Below are positions 26,948 through 37,833 of a stretch of DNA of 64,000 nt, one piece after another; positions within the stretch are counted from its first letter, which is position 1, and the number at the start of each line of letters is the position of its first letter. A model generated the notes under the pieces. That model was not told the DNA's origin. It did not search any database and was given only the letters and a program-made list of their open reading frames with translations. This DNA is from a virus, in IMG/VR virus record IMGVR_UViG_3300034374_012521, positions 32,001 through 96,000 of that record; one strand, written 5' to 3'. Position numbers and translations under genes: made by a program.

Positions 26948-27879
26948 AGGATTTGTTCGATATTATTGTGGTAATCTAAAAGGGCTTTATCTTTCTGTTT
27001 TACCTCCAATTCTATATCAAATTCAAATCCATATGTTTCGATCTTTTCGTGTATCCAGTCTGAGTGTGCTAGTTCCTTAGCAGAGGCATCTTCAAACAGT
27101 GCTCTGGATTCTGAAAAGTGAGCTAAAGGGGTTATTCCATCTGGCCATGTATCTATACAAACCTTAAGTGATTGCTTTTCAGAAAGTCCTTGTGGTGGAT
27201 TACAACGATTATGCAGGTAATCGAATGTTATTGGGATACCTATCTGATCATGTACCATATTTTTCAAATCGACTGAGGTGTACTGGGAAGTCTTGTCATC
27301 AACCTCAACAACCAGTCTTGACTTGACAGATTCAGGGAGCAGATTAAAGTTCTCACAGAATCTTTTTGCAGCTTCCGGTTTCGTGGGTTGTGTTGTATTA
27401 ACATGTATGTTAATCGGATAATAGTGGTTCCTAGGTAAACCCATCAGATCCATAATTTCGCCGTGCTGCCTAAGCTCCTTAATTGCGTTTTCAACAACGT
27501 CATTTCTCAGCGAAGCTAAAACAGAATATGGTGAAGGATGGAAGGTGATTCTTTGTCCGGTTGATAAAGCTACTTCTCCTGCTTCTTTAAGGGAAGCTTT
27601 TATATCACTTATATGTGGCAGATCATCAAGCTCATATTCTGAACACCAAGGAAACATGTCGGAACTCATCCTATACATAAGGATTTCATTTTCATGATTC
27701 CATTCAAGAATTCTCTTAAGATCCTTCACGTTTTGCAAAGAAAGTTCAGAAGCATACTCGATGCCCTTTGTTAAAAAGGTCTTTTTGGTCATAGACCTAT
27801 TTGTTGTAATTCTATCCTTCTTTTTGACTCCATCGTTTAGAGAAAGATTGATACAACAATATCCGAATTTCCTTTGCAT
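26932..27879 (-). CDS. uvsE: UV DNA damage endonuclease
   Basis: FGYCCIN, YRMSSDMFP, ITFHP, FDYLH, AHSD, EVKQKD; start moved to MQRKFGY. Confidence 0.92.
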   Translation of the reverse strand: MQRKFGYCCINLSLNDGVKKKDRITTNRSMTKKTFLTKGIEYASELSLQNVKDLKRILEWNHENEILMYRMSSDMFPWCSEYELDDLPHISDIKASLKEAGEVALSTGQRITFHPSPYSVLASLRNDVVENAIKELRQHGEIMDLMGLPRNHYYPINIHVNTTQPTKPEAAKRFCENFNLLPESVKSRLVVEVDDKTSQYTSVDLKNMVHDQIGIPITFDYLHNRCNPPQGLSEKQSLKVCIDTWPDGITPLAHFSESRALFEDASAKELAHSDWIHEKIETYGFEFDIELEVKQKDKALLDYHNNIEQILCLKS

Positions 27880-27919
27880 AGGGTAATTATAATGCTTTAT
27901 CCGTTTGATAAAAAATGAA

Positions 27920-29698
27920 TCAGGAAAAATTTGATAACCAAACCTTTCTAGCATCAGAAGATTTACCAAAAGCCATCTCAAGCATAGAATTGGATTTCCG
28001 GTCCTTTACAATCTTTGTAATTTTTTTATTCTTCATTACATAGTCCCAATCATCGAGGGAAAGAGAGCCTAACCCCTTTAAATATCGAACATTTGAAATT
28101 CTTTTACCCTGGCTCTTTGTTTTGAATTCATCCAGTGAATAGTAATAGGTTTTGCTCCTATCACCAACTGAAACCAGAGGGGTTTCTAAAAAGCTTAATC
28201 TTTTATTTTCCACAATCCATGGGAACCATTTGAAGAAAAGATTAATTAAAAGGGAAGTAATGTGAGCACCGTCAGGATCTTGGTCGGTAGCAATAACTAT
28301 ATTATCATAGGGACAAGACAGATCCGGTCTTTCGGGCTCCAAGTTTAGTATTTGCATCAACTCCAGGATCTCTTTGTTGTCAGCAAGATCAGATAAGCTC
28401 CTTGCATTTTTTATTTTACCCTTGAGAGCATAAACACCATCTCTATTTGGATTTCTTTTTTGCAAAATCGATCCCATTGCACTTAACCCTTCAACTATAA
28501 AAAGGTTCTCTGCATTTCTTGAGGTTGGTGGAAAATATTTGTTGGAAAATTTTACCCTAGTATTCTTTTTCTCTTTCCGTATTCTTTTAAGACTTGCATC
28601 TCTTTTTCTTGCCTCAACCTCTTTCCTAATTTTCTTAAAAAGGGGTGTGCTGTAAAATTTCTTCAGCGAAGAGGAAAAAGTGTTTACAATTATGTTCTCT
28701 ATATCTTCTCTCCTGGTGACAAATTTGGTCTTATTCTGATCACCGAATTTTACCAAAGCTGGGGGTAAGTTAATTATTAGACAAAAGTCATAAAAGTGGT
28801 GCGCAAGGGAATCGTCTAAAGCATTATTAATTTGATCTGCTATTATCTTCTGGTGAATTCCAGTACATATAGCAGAGTTTACGAATGAAAAAGATCCGGA
28901 GTTAGGTGTTTTTTCCCAAATTAGAAGCTCTCCTATTTTTGTTTTATATGAAAGCTGCTTAAATACTGACGTGTCAACCGGAATTGTCTTTCCATCCCAG
29001 ATGAAATTCAATTTAATATCCTTCGTATTTGATTCAGTCTCAAGTACCCTTTTCTTTAACAATAGTTGGGAGAGAAGGACATCCTTGTTCCATTTACACT
29101 TATCAAAAATATTGGGAAGGGGTGTGAAGCTTACTGTTGTTCCCAATTTATTTCTTCCTTTCTTTAAGATTTTGGGTTTTTGTGCCTTAAAGTTTTTCCA
29201 CTCCTGATAATAGTATTCCTTTGCATTAGTGGTCTCAATGGAAAAAAAGCTGGACATAGCATTCACAAGGCTTACCCCCATCCCGTTTGTCCCAATTAGG
29301 GTTTCAGAGACGTTTTCGTTATCAAAATTTGATCCCGCTCTTAACATCGAAACCGCAGTTGCAATATTTGTTAAGCCACTTTTTTTATTAATTGAGGATC
29401 CATTTGTAAATCCCTCACCAGTGTCTGTAATTTTAATTGTGTTGGTTTTGGAATCCACCTCAATTGTAATAGATCCCATGTTCTTTTTCATTCTTTTAGC
29501 TTCATCAACACAATTGGAAAAAACCTCATCAAACAGCTTATACATTCCAACTGAAAGAGAATATCCCACTGAATCTATCCTATCACTTTTGACCGCGGGG
29601 ACTACCTCCTCACTTAACTTAACAGAGCCAACATAAATAGTAGGCCTTTTTAAAATGTGTTCAAAATCGGTTAATACCTGTATATCTTTTGTAGCCAT
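27920..29698 (-). CDS. type IIA topoisomerase subunit B (GyrB-like ATPase plus TOPRIM)
   Basis: EHILKRP, EVFSNCVDE, GTNGMG, VEGLSA, TDQDPDGAHI, YLKGLGS. Confidence 0.93.
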   Translation of the reverse strand: MATKDIQVLTDFEHILKRPTIYVGSVKLSEEVVPAVKSDRIDSVGYSLSVGMYKLFDEVFSNCVDEAKRMKKNMGSITIEVDSKTNTIKITDTGEGFTNGSSINKKSGLTNIATAVSMLRAGSNFDNENVSETLIGTNGMGVSLVNAMSSFFSIETTNAKEYYYQEWKNFKAQKPKILKKGRNKLGTTVSFTPLPNIFDKCKWNKDVLLSQLLLKKRVLETESNTKDIKLNFIWDGKTIPVDTSVFKQLSYKTKIGELLIWEKTPNSGSFSFVNSAICTGIHQKIIADQINNALDDSLAHHFYDFCLIINLPPALVKFGDQNKTKFVTRREDIENIIVNTFSSSLKKFYSTPLFKKIRKEVEARKRDASLKRIRKEKKNTRVKFSNKYFPPTSRNAENLFIVEGLSAMGSILQKRNPNRDGVYALKGKIKNARSLSDLADNKEILELMQILNLEPERPDLSCPYDNIVIATDQDPDGAHITSLLINLFFKWFPWIVENKRLSFLETPLVSVGDRSKTYYYSLDEFKTKSQGKRISNVRYLKGLGSLSLDDWDYVMKNKKITKIVKDRKSNSMLEMAFGKSSDARKVWLSNFS

Positions 29699-29747
29699 TA
29701 GCTATAATTGTTTGAGTTTATATGTCAAGCGCTTGATTTAATTTCAC

Positions 29748-29772
29748 AAAAAAAGCGGGAAGACCCGCTTTT
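29748..29772. terminator. intrinsic terminator, possibly bidirectional
   Basis: AAAAGCGGG-AAGA-CCCGCTTTT. Confidence 0.8.
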
Positions 29773-29793
29773 GTAAAAGTTTATTCATGATGA

Positions 29794-30324
29794 TTACTCA
29801 CCTGCTGGCTCAAAATAGATCTCCTCAATCTTGATTGGTAAAATCTTCGCCTCGTATCCCTTATCCTTAAGAGAAACTGGGATTCCTATAACATAATCCT
29901 TGCCCTCAATTGTTTCTACTCGATCAACAATGAATTCAGAATCAAAGAAAATTGTTCTTTTATCACCAAATCTGTTTAGATCAAAATCAAACTCTTCAGC
30001 ATCTACATCTTTATCAATAGATTTTCCGATAGTAGATTTATATTGTCTTGCAAGTCTTTCCCTTTCTTGGTTAATTATATCCTTTACGTAGTCTGGTGCC
30101 CCTTTACCCTGTGTGGGTACTTCTGCAATTGCTGTGATAGATTCAATCTGACCAGCCTCTTTTTGAGCCAAAAGGTCTCTTAATGTAGGGATTACCTCAG
30201 AATATTTAAGCTCCATTTCAGGCCTAACGTTTACGTTTTTTCTGAACTTGGACTCGTCATAAACAGGAGTTACTCCTTCGTAAATAGAATTAGCAAAATC
30301 CTCATATAGTTTTAAATTGTTCAT
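29794..30324 (-). CDS. hypothetical protein with CTS-like N-terminus
   Basis: MNNLKLYEDFANSIYEG. Confidence 0.7.
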   Translation of the reverse strand: MNNLKLYEDFANSIYEGVTPVYDESKFRKNVNVRPEMELKYSEVIPTLRDLLAQKEAGQIESITAIAEVPTQGKGAPDYVKDIINQERERLARQYKSTIGKSIDKDVDAEEFDFDLNRFGDKRTIFFDSEFIVDRVETIEGKDYVIGIPVSLKDKGYEAKILPIKIEEIYFEPAGE

Positions 30325-30342
30325 CTCGAAAAATTTGTTTTT

Positions 30343-30624
30343 TTATATATCTTCAAGGGTTGGGTGTTTAGTAATCTTTACCTTTAATGTACCACTGCCC
30401 TTAATTATTCTATGCCAGGTACCAGCTTTAATAGATATTTCACCATTACATTTAATTGGAAGCTGGTTATCAAACTGAAACATCCAATCATTGGGTTCAA
30501 AAAATTGTATAGTTCTGTCCTCCCAATCCTGATGCCACTTTAATTCAACCGGATCTATCCCAGAGTCAAAGCATCGGATATACTCTGTGCTTGAAATCTT
30601 TTCCTCTGAAAATGGCCTTACCAA
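30343..30624 (-). CDS. small cupin-like phage protein
   Basis: LKWHQD..DR, WMFQFDN, WHRIIKG. Confidence 0.7.
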   Translation of the reverse strand: MVRPFSEEKISSTEYIRCFDSGIDPVELKWHQDWEDRTIQFFEPNDWMFQFDNQLPIKCNGEISIKAGTWHRIIKGSGTLKVKITKHPTLEDI

Positions 30625-31175
30625 GGGTTAGAAGATTTAAGTCCCAAAAGTTTGTGATATCTATGAACATTACAAGACCAATATCTCGGTTTCCATTTTG
30701 GCCCAGGTTCAGTACAGCGGTGTCTTGCTCTAAATGACTTTGAAGCTTTTTTATCATCGTTTTTTATCCTTTGGCCAGGTTGTCCAAATCTTACCTTTAC
30801 AACTCTTCCCTCACCGTTTTTTGTGTAAACTGCAAATTTTCGAGTTTCCCCTGGAGTTCTAAAAGGCTTATTTAACTTTACCTTTCTTCCTTGGTACTCT
30901 TCCTCATTGATCTCAAATGGAACATCAAGAATAACCTCTTGACCCCTATAATTAGCTTTCTCACCAGCATCTGTGCTGATGAGGAAAACATCATCAAGTC
31001 CAAGATCAATCTCTTCGTTCAACCAAAGTATCCTAGATTCGTTTATTAGATCCAGCCAAGAATCTGATTCAATCCGGTAAACGCTTTCCATTAAGGAAAG
31101 GCCTTCGTCTAAATGGTACTTAAGAGACTCGCTTATATTGTGGGATGTGTATGATGTAAAGCTCCTTAATTTCAT
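30618..31175 (-). CDS. hypothetical phage protein
   Basis: LNKPFRT..KFAVY..VKVRFG..SFRARHRC..YWSC. Confidence 0.75.
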   Translation of the reverse strand: MKLRSFTSYTSHNISESLKYHLDEGLSLMESVYRIESDSWLDLINESRILWLNEEIDLGLDDVFLISTDAGEKANYRGQEVILDVPFEINEEEYQGRKVKLNKPFRTPGETRKFAVYTKNGEGRVVKVRFGQPGQRIKNDDKKASKSFRARHRCTEPGPKWKPRYWSCNVHRYHKLLGLKSSNPW

Positions 31176-31221
31176 ACTTTATATATCGATTAGGTATCGA
31201 ATAAGGTAGAAATTATAGGGT

Positions 31222-32508
31222 TTATTGAGCAACCGCCTCCTTAGAATTCATCACCTCAGCTTTCTTTGCAGCTGCTTGTCTATAATGGTCTAAGTTTTTA
31301 AGCATCCTTTCTTTCTCGTTAGGAGGCAAATGATTGAAGAAATCCATACGAACTACAGCATCCATCTTTTCGAAGGCCAATTCAGGATTACCTGTATGGA
31401 AAGCCGCTAGGGCATACTCATCTAAAAGTCTCCATTGCCAAACCTCAGGCTCAACAAAAAGAATATCTGAGGTCCCAGGGTTTTTTACAGCCATATTTCC
31501 ATAGGTAAATGAAAGTACCCACCTACCTCTTTCCCTTAGCTTTCTCATGCAATGGAAAACTGCTTCAAGTCTTTCCGGTCTATATTCCCAAGCTCTAGAG
31601 TAAGCTTGGATTACCTCATCTGGATGTCTTCCTAATTGTTCCTTGATTTTACCAATCATATACATTGAGTAGTATACTTCTTCCTCCCATCCACCAGCTT
31701 CGATTCTTCTCTCATAAGCTTCGATAGCTTTGACCTTTTGGTTAGAATCTCTATAGCTTTGGGCAAGATAGAACATATACCGTGTGTTTGCAGGCTCATC
31801 TTCTAATGCTTTCTCTAGAATTTCTGCATCTTTAGCATATTTCTCCTCAAGTGTATTTGCTCTCTTTAGTGGACTAATGTCAGCATTAACGAAACATTTA
31901 TCTGCAGGTATTTGGTACTGGACTAGAGGTTCCTTTCCAGGTAAATCTAAATACTCGTGTAGTACACCTTTGTATACCCAATCCTGATCGGACCTGACTA
32001 TTTGTGCCCTATGGTACTGGAGGTTATTTAGCTTATATAGTATTTGGAAACAATCAACTTTTTCTTTTGGCAAATTGCTAAATGGATTAACGCTAGGATT
32101 TGCTACCTGGAATGTATCATCAGCATCAATAATCCACCTGTAATCACATTTTCCTTTTGCAAGCTCAAGACTTTCTGTACGATTGACCTCAAAGTTTACC
32201 CATGGTCTTTCGTGGACTTCCCCATCGATACCAAGGTCTTTCATGGTAGAATTAATTTCTTCGATAGTATTATCAGAAGAACCTGTATCAACTATAACGT
32301 AGTATGAAATGTAAGGAGCAACCTGTGTAAGACATCTTCTAATTGTATCCCCTTCATCCTTTACAATCATAACAAGACAGAGAGATATATCCTGCTTAGT
32401 TAAATCTAGAGACATCTGTGCAGCATCTTGACTGCTTAGGGTATTGATTTTTTGTGGTTTTTTAGAAGAAGTGTTTTTAACCTTTTTCTTTTTGCTCTTT
32501 GAAGCCAT
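31222..32508 (-). CDS. GT2 glycosyltransferase with TPR repeats
   Basis: LVMIVKDE, VDTGSSD, IDADD, GVLHE; TPR-like C-terminus. Confidence 0.9.
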   Translation of the reverse strand: MASKSKKKKVKNTSSKKPQKINTLSSQDAAQMSLDLTKQDISLCLVMIVKDEGDTIRRCLTQVAPYISYYVIVDTGSSDNTIEEINSTMKDLGIDGEVHERPWVNFEVNRTESLELAKGKCDYRWIIDADDTFQVANPSVNPFSNLPKEKVDCFQILYKLNNLQYHRAQIVRSDQDWVYKGVLHEYLDLPGKEPLVQYQIPADKCFVNADISPLKRANTLEEKYAKDAEILEKALEDEPANTRYMFYLAQSYRDSNQKVKAIEAYERRIEAGGWEEEVYYSMYMIGKIKEQLGRHPDEVIQAYSRAWEYRPERLEAVFHCMRKLRERGRWVLSFTYGNMAVKNPGTSDILFVEPEVWQWRLLDEYALAAFHTGNPELAFEKMDAVVRMDFFNHLPPNEKERMLKNLDHYRQAAAKKAEVMNSKEAVAQ

Positions 32509-32564
32509 AGAAACTAAATAATTGTCGTTTCTATTTATACCCCAAATGTTAGAAAAATTTCACC

Positions 32565-33266
32565 TTATCCCCGGGCCAATGAGGTAATTCTTTCTAATAT
32601 TAGTTCGTCATTTAGAGTCAAAGAAAAGTCTCCGACAGCTTTAAGGTTCTTTTCCTTTTTTCTAGCAACCAAATCAAGGGTAACAAATCCAGTTTGGTCA
32701 TCGGGATATTCTATTGCTTTCTTTTTTTCATCTTCGCAAACAGGATCAAAAGCCATTCTGCTCATTCCCTTCCCGTTCCAATAAACAAGGGTTAAGTTAT
32801 CCAATTTACCATCAAGAATCTTAACAACCTGATTTTCCCTTAGACATTCAATTCTTATTGTTGATCCACCTCTTTTAAATTTAGTAGAAGGAGTTACCAA
32901 AAAATAACCTCTCCCATAAACAAGTCCAGGTACAGTATTATTTTTTGAAGAAAGCAAAGGTAGAGAGCCTTGGAATCTGTGTCTTTTAAATCTAATTCCA
33001 AGTTCCATAAAAAGCTTTTCTATAATGGGAATTAAATCCTCTACATCGGTCTGTGGTGCATCCAAAATTAGATGTGGGTGCTTACCTCCAATAACTTTGG
33101 GCTCTTTAACTTCTATATCAGCAAAATACCTTAGATAATTCAATACTACATCAAGTATGGTTTCAAGTTGTTCAATCTCCGATAGATTGACTTTCTTCTT
33201 GTACTCTAGCTCAGATTCAACCTTGGCTAAGAAATCATCTACCAATTTCTCGTGATGCTTACTCAT
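32565..33266 (-). CDS. hypothetical protein
   Basis: 233-aa ORF. Confidence 0.7.
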   Translation of the reverse strand: MSKHHEKLVDDFLAKVESELEYKKKVNLSEIEQLETILDVVLNYLRYFADIEVKEPKVIGGKHPHLILDAPQTDVEDLIPIIEKLFMELGIRFKRHRFQGSLPLLSSKNNTVPGLVYGRGYFLVTPSTKFKRGGSTIRIECLRENQVVKILDGKLDNLTLVYWNGKGMSRMAFDPVCEDEKKKAIEYPDDQTGFVTLDLVARKKEKNLKAVGDFSLTLNDELILERITSLARG

Positions 33267-33270
33267 TTTA

Positions 33271-33687
33271 CTATTTTATTCTTTTCCAGGAGAAATCTGT
33301 ATCTAGCCTAAAGTGCCCAAAGTAGTGGAACTTGTTATTCCACTCTTCAGGAGAAATTAGGCTTGCAAAAGTTTCTCCCTTTGAATTTTCATATAGATAT
33401 ATCTCTGATCCAATATGTGCCTCAAAAGACATATTTGAATTCCATACTAGCTCATTATCCTCAAATTCCTGTAGAAGCTCAGAAATCTGATCCTTGATCT
33501 CCCCTGCTCTTTTGCCAAATTTATGGTTTGAGTGAACTGCAGCACGCTGTTTAAAAAGTGCTAAACCAGAAACATCTATCTTGGGGGATGATACTGATGT
33601 TGCATATGGCTTTAAAAAAGCATCATACTTTTCAGTATCTTCGTTGTATACAATGCTATCAGGAAGTTTTTTCTTTCCCTTCTTCAT
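33271..33687 (-). CDS. hypothetical protein (DUF2452-like)
   Basis: PYATSVSSPKI, YLY, SLISPEEW, FRL...W. Confidence 0.65.
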   Translation of the reverse strand: MKKGKKKLPDSIVYNEDTEKYDAFLKPYATSVSSPKIDVSGLALFKQRAAVHSNHKFGKRAGEIKDQISELLQEFEDNELVWNSNMSFEAHIGSEIYLYENSKGETFASLISPEEWNNKFHYFGHFRLDTDFSWKRIK

Positions 33688-34318
33688 TCTCAGATTTATA
33701 AGGAATTCCTATTTTGTCCAGCAACTGTTTATAAACTCTTTCAATTTTTTTAGATGCATCGACTTTTACAAGTTTCCTACTCTTTTTGTATTTTTTAACC
33801 AGAGGAAGTGTTTTTTCTTTGTATTCATTAAATCTTTTGGATATAATCTCTGGATCCTTATCATCGGCCCTATTTTCCTTTTCAGCCCTTTTCATAATCC
33901 TTTGTTTTGCCTTGTCCTCATCAAGTTCCAAATAGATCACGTGGCTAAGACCAACTCCTAACTTTCCTAGGAGTGAATCTAGCAATTTTATTTGCTTTAT
34001 ATTCCGTGGGAATCCATCAATTATAACACCTCTTTCCAGATCAGCTTTGCCTAATGCTTTCCTAAGCATTCTTACCATTACCCTATCTGGAATAAACTCT
34101 CCCCTTTCAACTGTTTTCTTAAGCTCCTTATCCTTGGAGTTCCTAATTAATTCACCAGTAGAAATATGAGTGAAATCGTTTCTATCAACAAGCTTCTTTG
34201 AAATAGTCCCCTTTCCAGATCCCGGAGGTCCCAGAATAACAAGGATCTCTCCTTGTTTATCTGGGATTTCTCTTTCGTTTATAGAGATGAAATTTTCAAA
34301 GCTACGTACCTTATCCAT
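33659..34318 (-). CDS. adk: adenylate kinase
   Basis: GPPGSGKGT, HISTGELIR, DGFPR, RADD. Confidence 0.93.
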   Translation of the reverse strand: MDKVRSFENFISINEREIPDKQGEILVILGPPGSGKGTISKKLVDRNDFTHISTGELIRNSKDKELKKTVERGEFIPDRVMVRMLRKALGKADLERGVIIDGFPRNIKQIKLLDSLLGKLGVGLSHVIYLELDEDKAKQRIMKRAEKENRADDKDPEIISKRFNEYKEKTLPLVKKYKKSRKLVKVDASKKIERVYKQLLDKIGIPYKSENEEGKEKTS

Positions 34319-34334
34319 TATAAAATTTAATTAT

Positions 34335-36806
34335 TTATGAACCACAGGATAAACAATCATCCGGGTTGTCCAAGCTACATGTGAGATCGTTCATAGTTTG
34401 CTCAGCTAGAGCTTTTAGATCTTCGTTTGCAGCTGTACTCTTCTGCTCAACCATAGCTGGTTTGGCTGCAGGAGTTTCTTCTACTTTTTTATACTTACTC
34501 GTATCAATACCAAGTCCAGAAAGTGCATCTACTGCAGATTTTGTTCTTAGGTAATACATACCGGTTTTAAGACCCAATTTCCAAGAATGGAAGTGAGCTG
34601 CAGTAAGTTTAGCAGCATTTACTCCTTCTATAAATAGATTTAATGATTGGGATTGACAAATGAACTTACCACGATCAGCAGACATTTCAATTAAGTCTTT
34701 TTGCTTAATCTCCCAAACTGTTTTATAAATTTCTTTTATGTCGTCTGGAATATTGGGAATGTTTTGAACCGATCCCTTGTGGATGATAATCAGATTCTTC
34801 ATATCTTCGTTCCAAAGACCCAAAGAGATTAAATCAGTAACAAGGTGCTTGTTAATAATCACATATTCCCCACTTAGTGTTCTTCTTGTATAAATATTAG
34901 ACGTAAATGGTTCAAAGGCTTCGTTATTACCCATAATTTGGGCTGTTGAAGCTGTTGGCATAGGAGCAAGTAGCAATGAGTTTCTTACACCATTCTTCAT
35001 CACATCCTTTCTTAGCTTTTTCCAATCCCATCTTCCAGAAAGATCTTCGTCATTTACCTGCCAAAGATTAAATTGGAATTTACCCTCGCTCAATGGTGAT
35101 CCCTCAAAAGTTTCATAAGCTCCAAATTTCTTAGCAAGATCTTTAGAAGCTGTCATTGCTGCGAAGTAAATTGTCTCAAACAATTCAGAGTTAATCTTTC
35201 TAGCTTCATCAGACGTAAATGGTATACCCATTGTTGCATAAAGATCAGCTAAGCCCTGAATTCCAATACCAATTGGGCGGTGTCTCATATTTGATCTTTT
35301 AGTCTCTGCCGTAGGATAGAAGTTTACGTCAATTACCCTGTTGAGATTGACAGCAGTTTGATATGAAACCTCGTATAGGTAATCGTGGTCAACCTCACAC
35401 TTTCCTCTAGTTATTTTTGATGTTCTTGCATCTGTCGACTTTAAGAACTTATTAACTGGTATGGAGGCCAGGTTACAAACTGCTTGTTCGTCCTTATCTG
35501 TGTATTCGATAATCTCACAACATAAGTTAGAAGATTTGATGGTCCCTAAATTCTGCTGATTTGACTTTCTGTTAGCGGAATCTTTGTAAAGAATATAGGG
35601 TGTTCCAGTTTCAATCTGGGATTCTATAATCTTTCCCCAAAGTTCCCTAGCTTTAATAGTTTTCTTTGCCTTTCCAGCCTCTTCAGCTGCTATGTACATT
35701 TCATTAAATTCCTGACCATAAACTTCATGAAGTCCTGGTACCTCGGAAGGAGAAAATAAAGACCACGTTTCATCTTTTTCTACCCTTTCCATAAATAAGT
35801 CAGAAACCCAGAGAGCAAGGAACAAATCTCTAGCTCTTCTCTCTTCTTTTCCTGTGTTCTTTCTTAGATCCAAAAAGTCCTCAACGTCAGCGTGCCATGG
35901 CTCTAGGTAAATAGCGAAAGATCCTTTCCTTTTACCACCACCTTGATCAACGTATCTAGCAGTTTCATTGAATACTTTAAGCATAGGTACAATACCATTG
36001 GATTTACCGTTTGTACCCCTGATATAAGAGCCAGTTGATCTTACGTTGTGGATAGCAAGCCCAATACCACCAGCATTCTGAGAAATCATTGCAACATCAG
36101 AAAGAGTCTTGTAGATTCCAGGAATCGAATCTTCCTGCATAGTTAAAAGAAAACAGGAAGATAGCTGTGGTTTTTTAGTACCAGAGTTAAATAGGGTTGG
36201 GGTTGCATGTGTCATCATATGAGTTGAGAGAAGCTCGTATGTTTTCAATGCATTTTTGATATCGTCTCCCCAAATACCTACCGCAACACGCATGTACATA
36301 TGCTGAGGGGTTTCTGCTGGAATACCGTGCATTTTAAGGAGATAACTTTTTTCAAGAGTTTTGAACCCAAAATATTCAAAGTTGAAATCCCTATCGTGGA
36401 TAATTGCAGAATCAAACTTTTTCTTATTCTTCATTATCACCTCGTAGGTTTCATCACCAATAAGACCAGCAGGCTTATTCGTCTCTGGATCGATATAAGA
36501 ATGTAAATCCTCAATCGTTTCAGAAAATTTCTTCTTTGTAGACTTATGCAATCTTGAAATAGCAATTCTTGCTGCTAGAATAGAATGGTCTGGGTGACTA
36601 GGGATGAGTGAAGCTGCAGTTTCAGCAGCTAGATTATCCAACTCTCCAGTCGAAATTCCATCATATATTCCAGCGATTACTTTTTGTGAAATGCCCATCC
36701 AATCAACAAAGTCGTTGTTAAGGCCATAAGTCATCTTTTTTACGCGGTTAGAAATCTTATCAAATCTAACCGCTTCTTTGGATCCGTCTCTCTTAGTTAC
36801 GTACAT
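34335..36806 (-). CDS. nrdA: ribonucleotide reductase class Ia alpha subunit
   Basis: ATP cone, ATPTLFN, SSCFL, SNLCCE, CNLAS, MPTAST, C-terminal CLSCGS. Confidence 0.97.
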   Translation of the reverse strand: MYVTKRDGSKEAVRFDKISNRVKKMTYGLNNDFVDWMGISQKVIAGIYDGISTGELDNLAAETAASLIPSHPDHSILAARIAISRLHKSTKKKFSETIEDLHSYIDPETNKPAGLIGDETYEVIMKNKKKFDSAIIHDRDFNFEYFGFKTLEKSYLLKMHGIPAETPQHMYMRVAVGIWGDDIKNALKTYELLSTHMMTHATPTLFNSGTKKPQLSSCFLLTMQEDSIPGIYKTLSDVAMISQNAGGIGLAIHNVRSTGSYIRGTNGKSNGIVPMLKVFNETARYVDQGGGKRKGSFAIYLEPWHADVEDFLDLRKNTGKEERRARDLFLALWVSDLFMERVEKDETWSLFSPSEVPGLHEVYGQEFNEMYIAAEEAGKAKKTIKARELWGKIIESQIETGTPYILYKDSANRKSNQQNLGTIKSSNLCCEIIEYTDKDEQAVCNLASIPVNKFLKSTDARTSKITRGKCEVDHDYLYEVSYQTAVNLNRVIDVNFYPTAETKRSNMRHRPIGIGIQGLADLYATMGIPFTSDEARKINSELFETIYFAAMTASKDLAKKFGAYETFEGSPLSEGKFQFNLWQVNDEDLSGRWDWKKLRKDVMKNGVRNSLLLAPMPTASTAQIMGNNEAFEPFTSNIYTRRTLSGEYVIINKHLVTDLISLGLWNEDMKNLIIIHKGSVQNIPNIPDDIKEIYKTVWEIKQKDLIEMSADRGKFICQSQSLNLFIEGVNAAKLTAAHFHSWKLGLKTGMYYLRTKSAVDALSGLGIDTSKYKKVEETPAAKPAMVEQKSTAANEDLKALAEQTMNDLTCSLDNPDDCLSCGS

Positions 36807-36824
36807 GCTTGGTTTATATTTTTT

Positions 36825-37808
36825 TTAGAAGTCTACGTCCATATCGAACGCATTTTCGGAGGAATTTTTCACTCCAGCTTTTTGGTATTCACCAACTCTC
36901 TTTTCAAAGAAGTTAGTCTTACCCTGCAAAGAAATATTTGCCATGAAATCAAATGGGTTTTCTGTATTGAAAACTTTTGAACATCCAAGATCTACAAGTA
37001 ATCTATCAGCAACAAACTCTAAGTATTGTTTCATAAGATCTTGATTCATACCAATTAGCTTAACAGGCAAAGATTCTGTAATAAATTCTTTCTCGATTTC
37101 AAGTGCGCTAAGGATAATTTCCTTGATTCTCTCCTCAGGTACTTTATTAGATAAGTATTTGTTGTGTAGGAGTACTGCAAAATCACAGTGCATACCTTCG
37201 TCTCTCGAAATAAGCTCGTTTGAGAAGCTTAAACCTGGCATTAGCCCACGCTTTTTAAGCCAGAAGATCGAGCAGAAAGAACCAGAGAAGAATATACCTT
37301 CAACTGCTGCGAAAGCAACAAGTCTTTCTTGGAAATGGTCTGATTCAACCCACTTTAAAGCCCATTCGGCTTTTTTCTTAACTGCTGGTATTGTTTCAAT
37401 TGCATTGAACAACATTTTCTTCTCAGCAGGATCAGAAATGTAAGTATCTATCAGGAGGGAATAAGTCTCAGAGTGGATGTTTTCCATCATAATCTGAAAA
37501 CCGTAAAAGAATTTTGCCTCTGAATATTGAACCTCCCTAACGAAGTTCTCCGCTAAATTCTCGTTTACGATACCATCCGATGCAGCAAAGAATGCCAAAA
37601 CATGCTTGATAAAGTGCCTTTCGTTATCATTCAATTTGTTTCTCCAATCGTCAATATCTGCCGAAAGGTCAATTTCTTCTGCTGTCCAGATACAAGCTTC
37701 CTGGTTCTTATACATCTCCCAAATTTCCTGGTGTTGGATAGGGAAAATAACAAATCTATTAGGATTTTCTTGTAAAATCGGTTCCGGTAGCGAATAGTCC
37801 TCCTTCAT
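36825..37808 (-). CDS. nrdB: ribonucleotide reductase class Ia beta subunit
   Basis: [29 protein letters not shown]. Confidence 0.97.
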   Translation of the reverse strand: MKEDYSLPEPILQENPNRFVIFPIQHQEIWEMYKNQEACIWTAEEIDLSADIDDWRNKLNDNERHFIKHVLAFFAASDGIVNENLAENFVREVQYSEAKFFYGFQIMMENIHSETYSLLIDTYISDPAEKKMLFNAIETIPAVKKKAEWALKWVESDHFQERLVAFAAVEGIFFSGSFCSIFWLKKRGLMPGLSFSNELISRDEGMHCDFAVLLHNKYLSNKVPEERIKEIILSALEIEKEFITESLPVKLIGMNQDLMKQYLEFVADRLLVDLGCSKVFNTENPFDFMANISLQGKTNFFEKRVGEYQKAGVKNSSENAFDMDVDF

Positions 37809-37833
37809 AATTTAACACTTTGTTTTTTTTAAT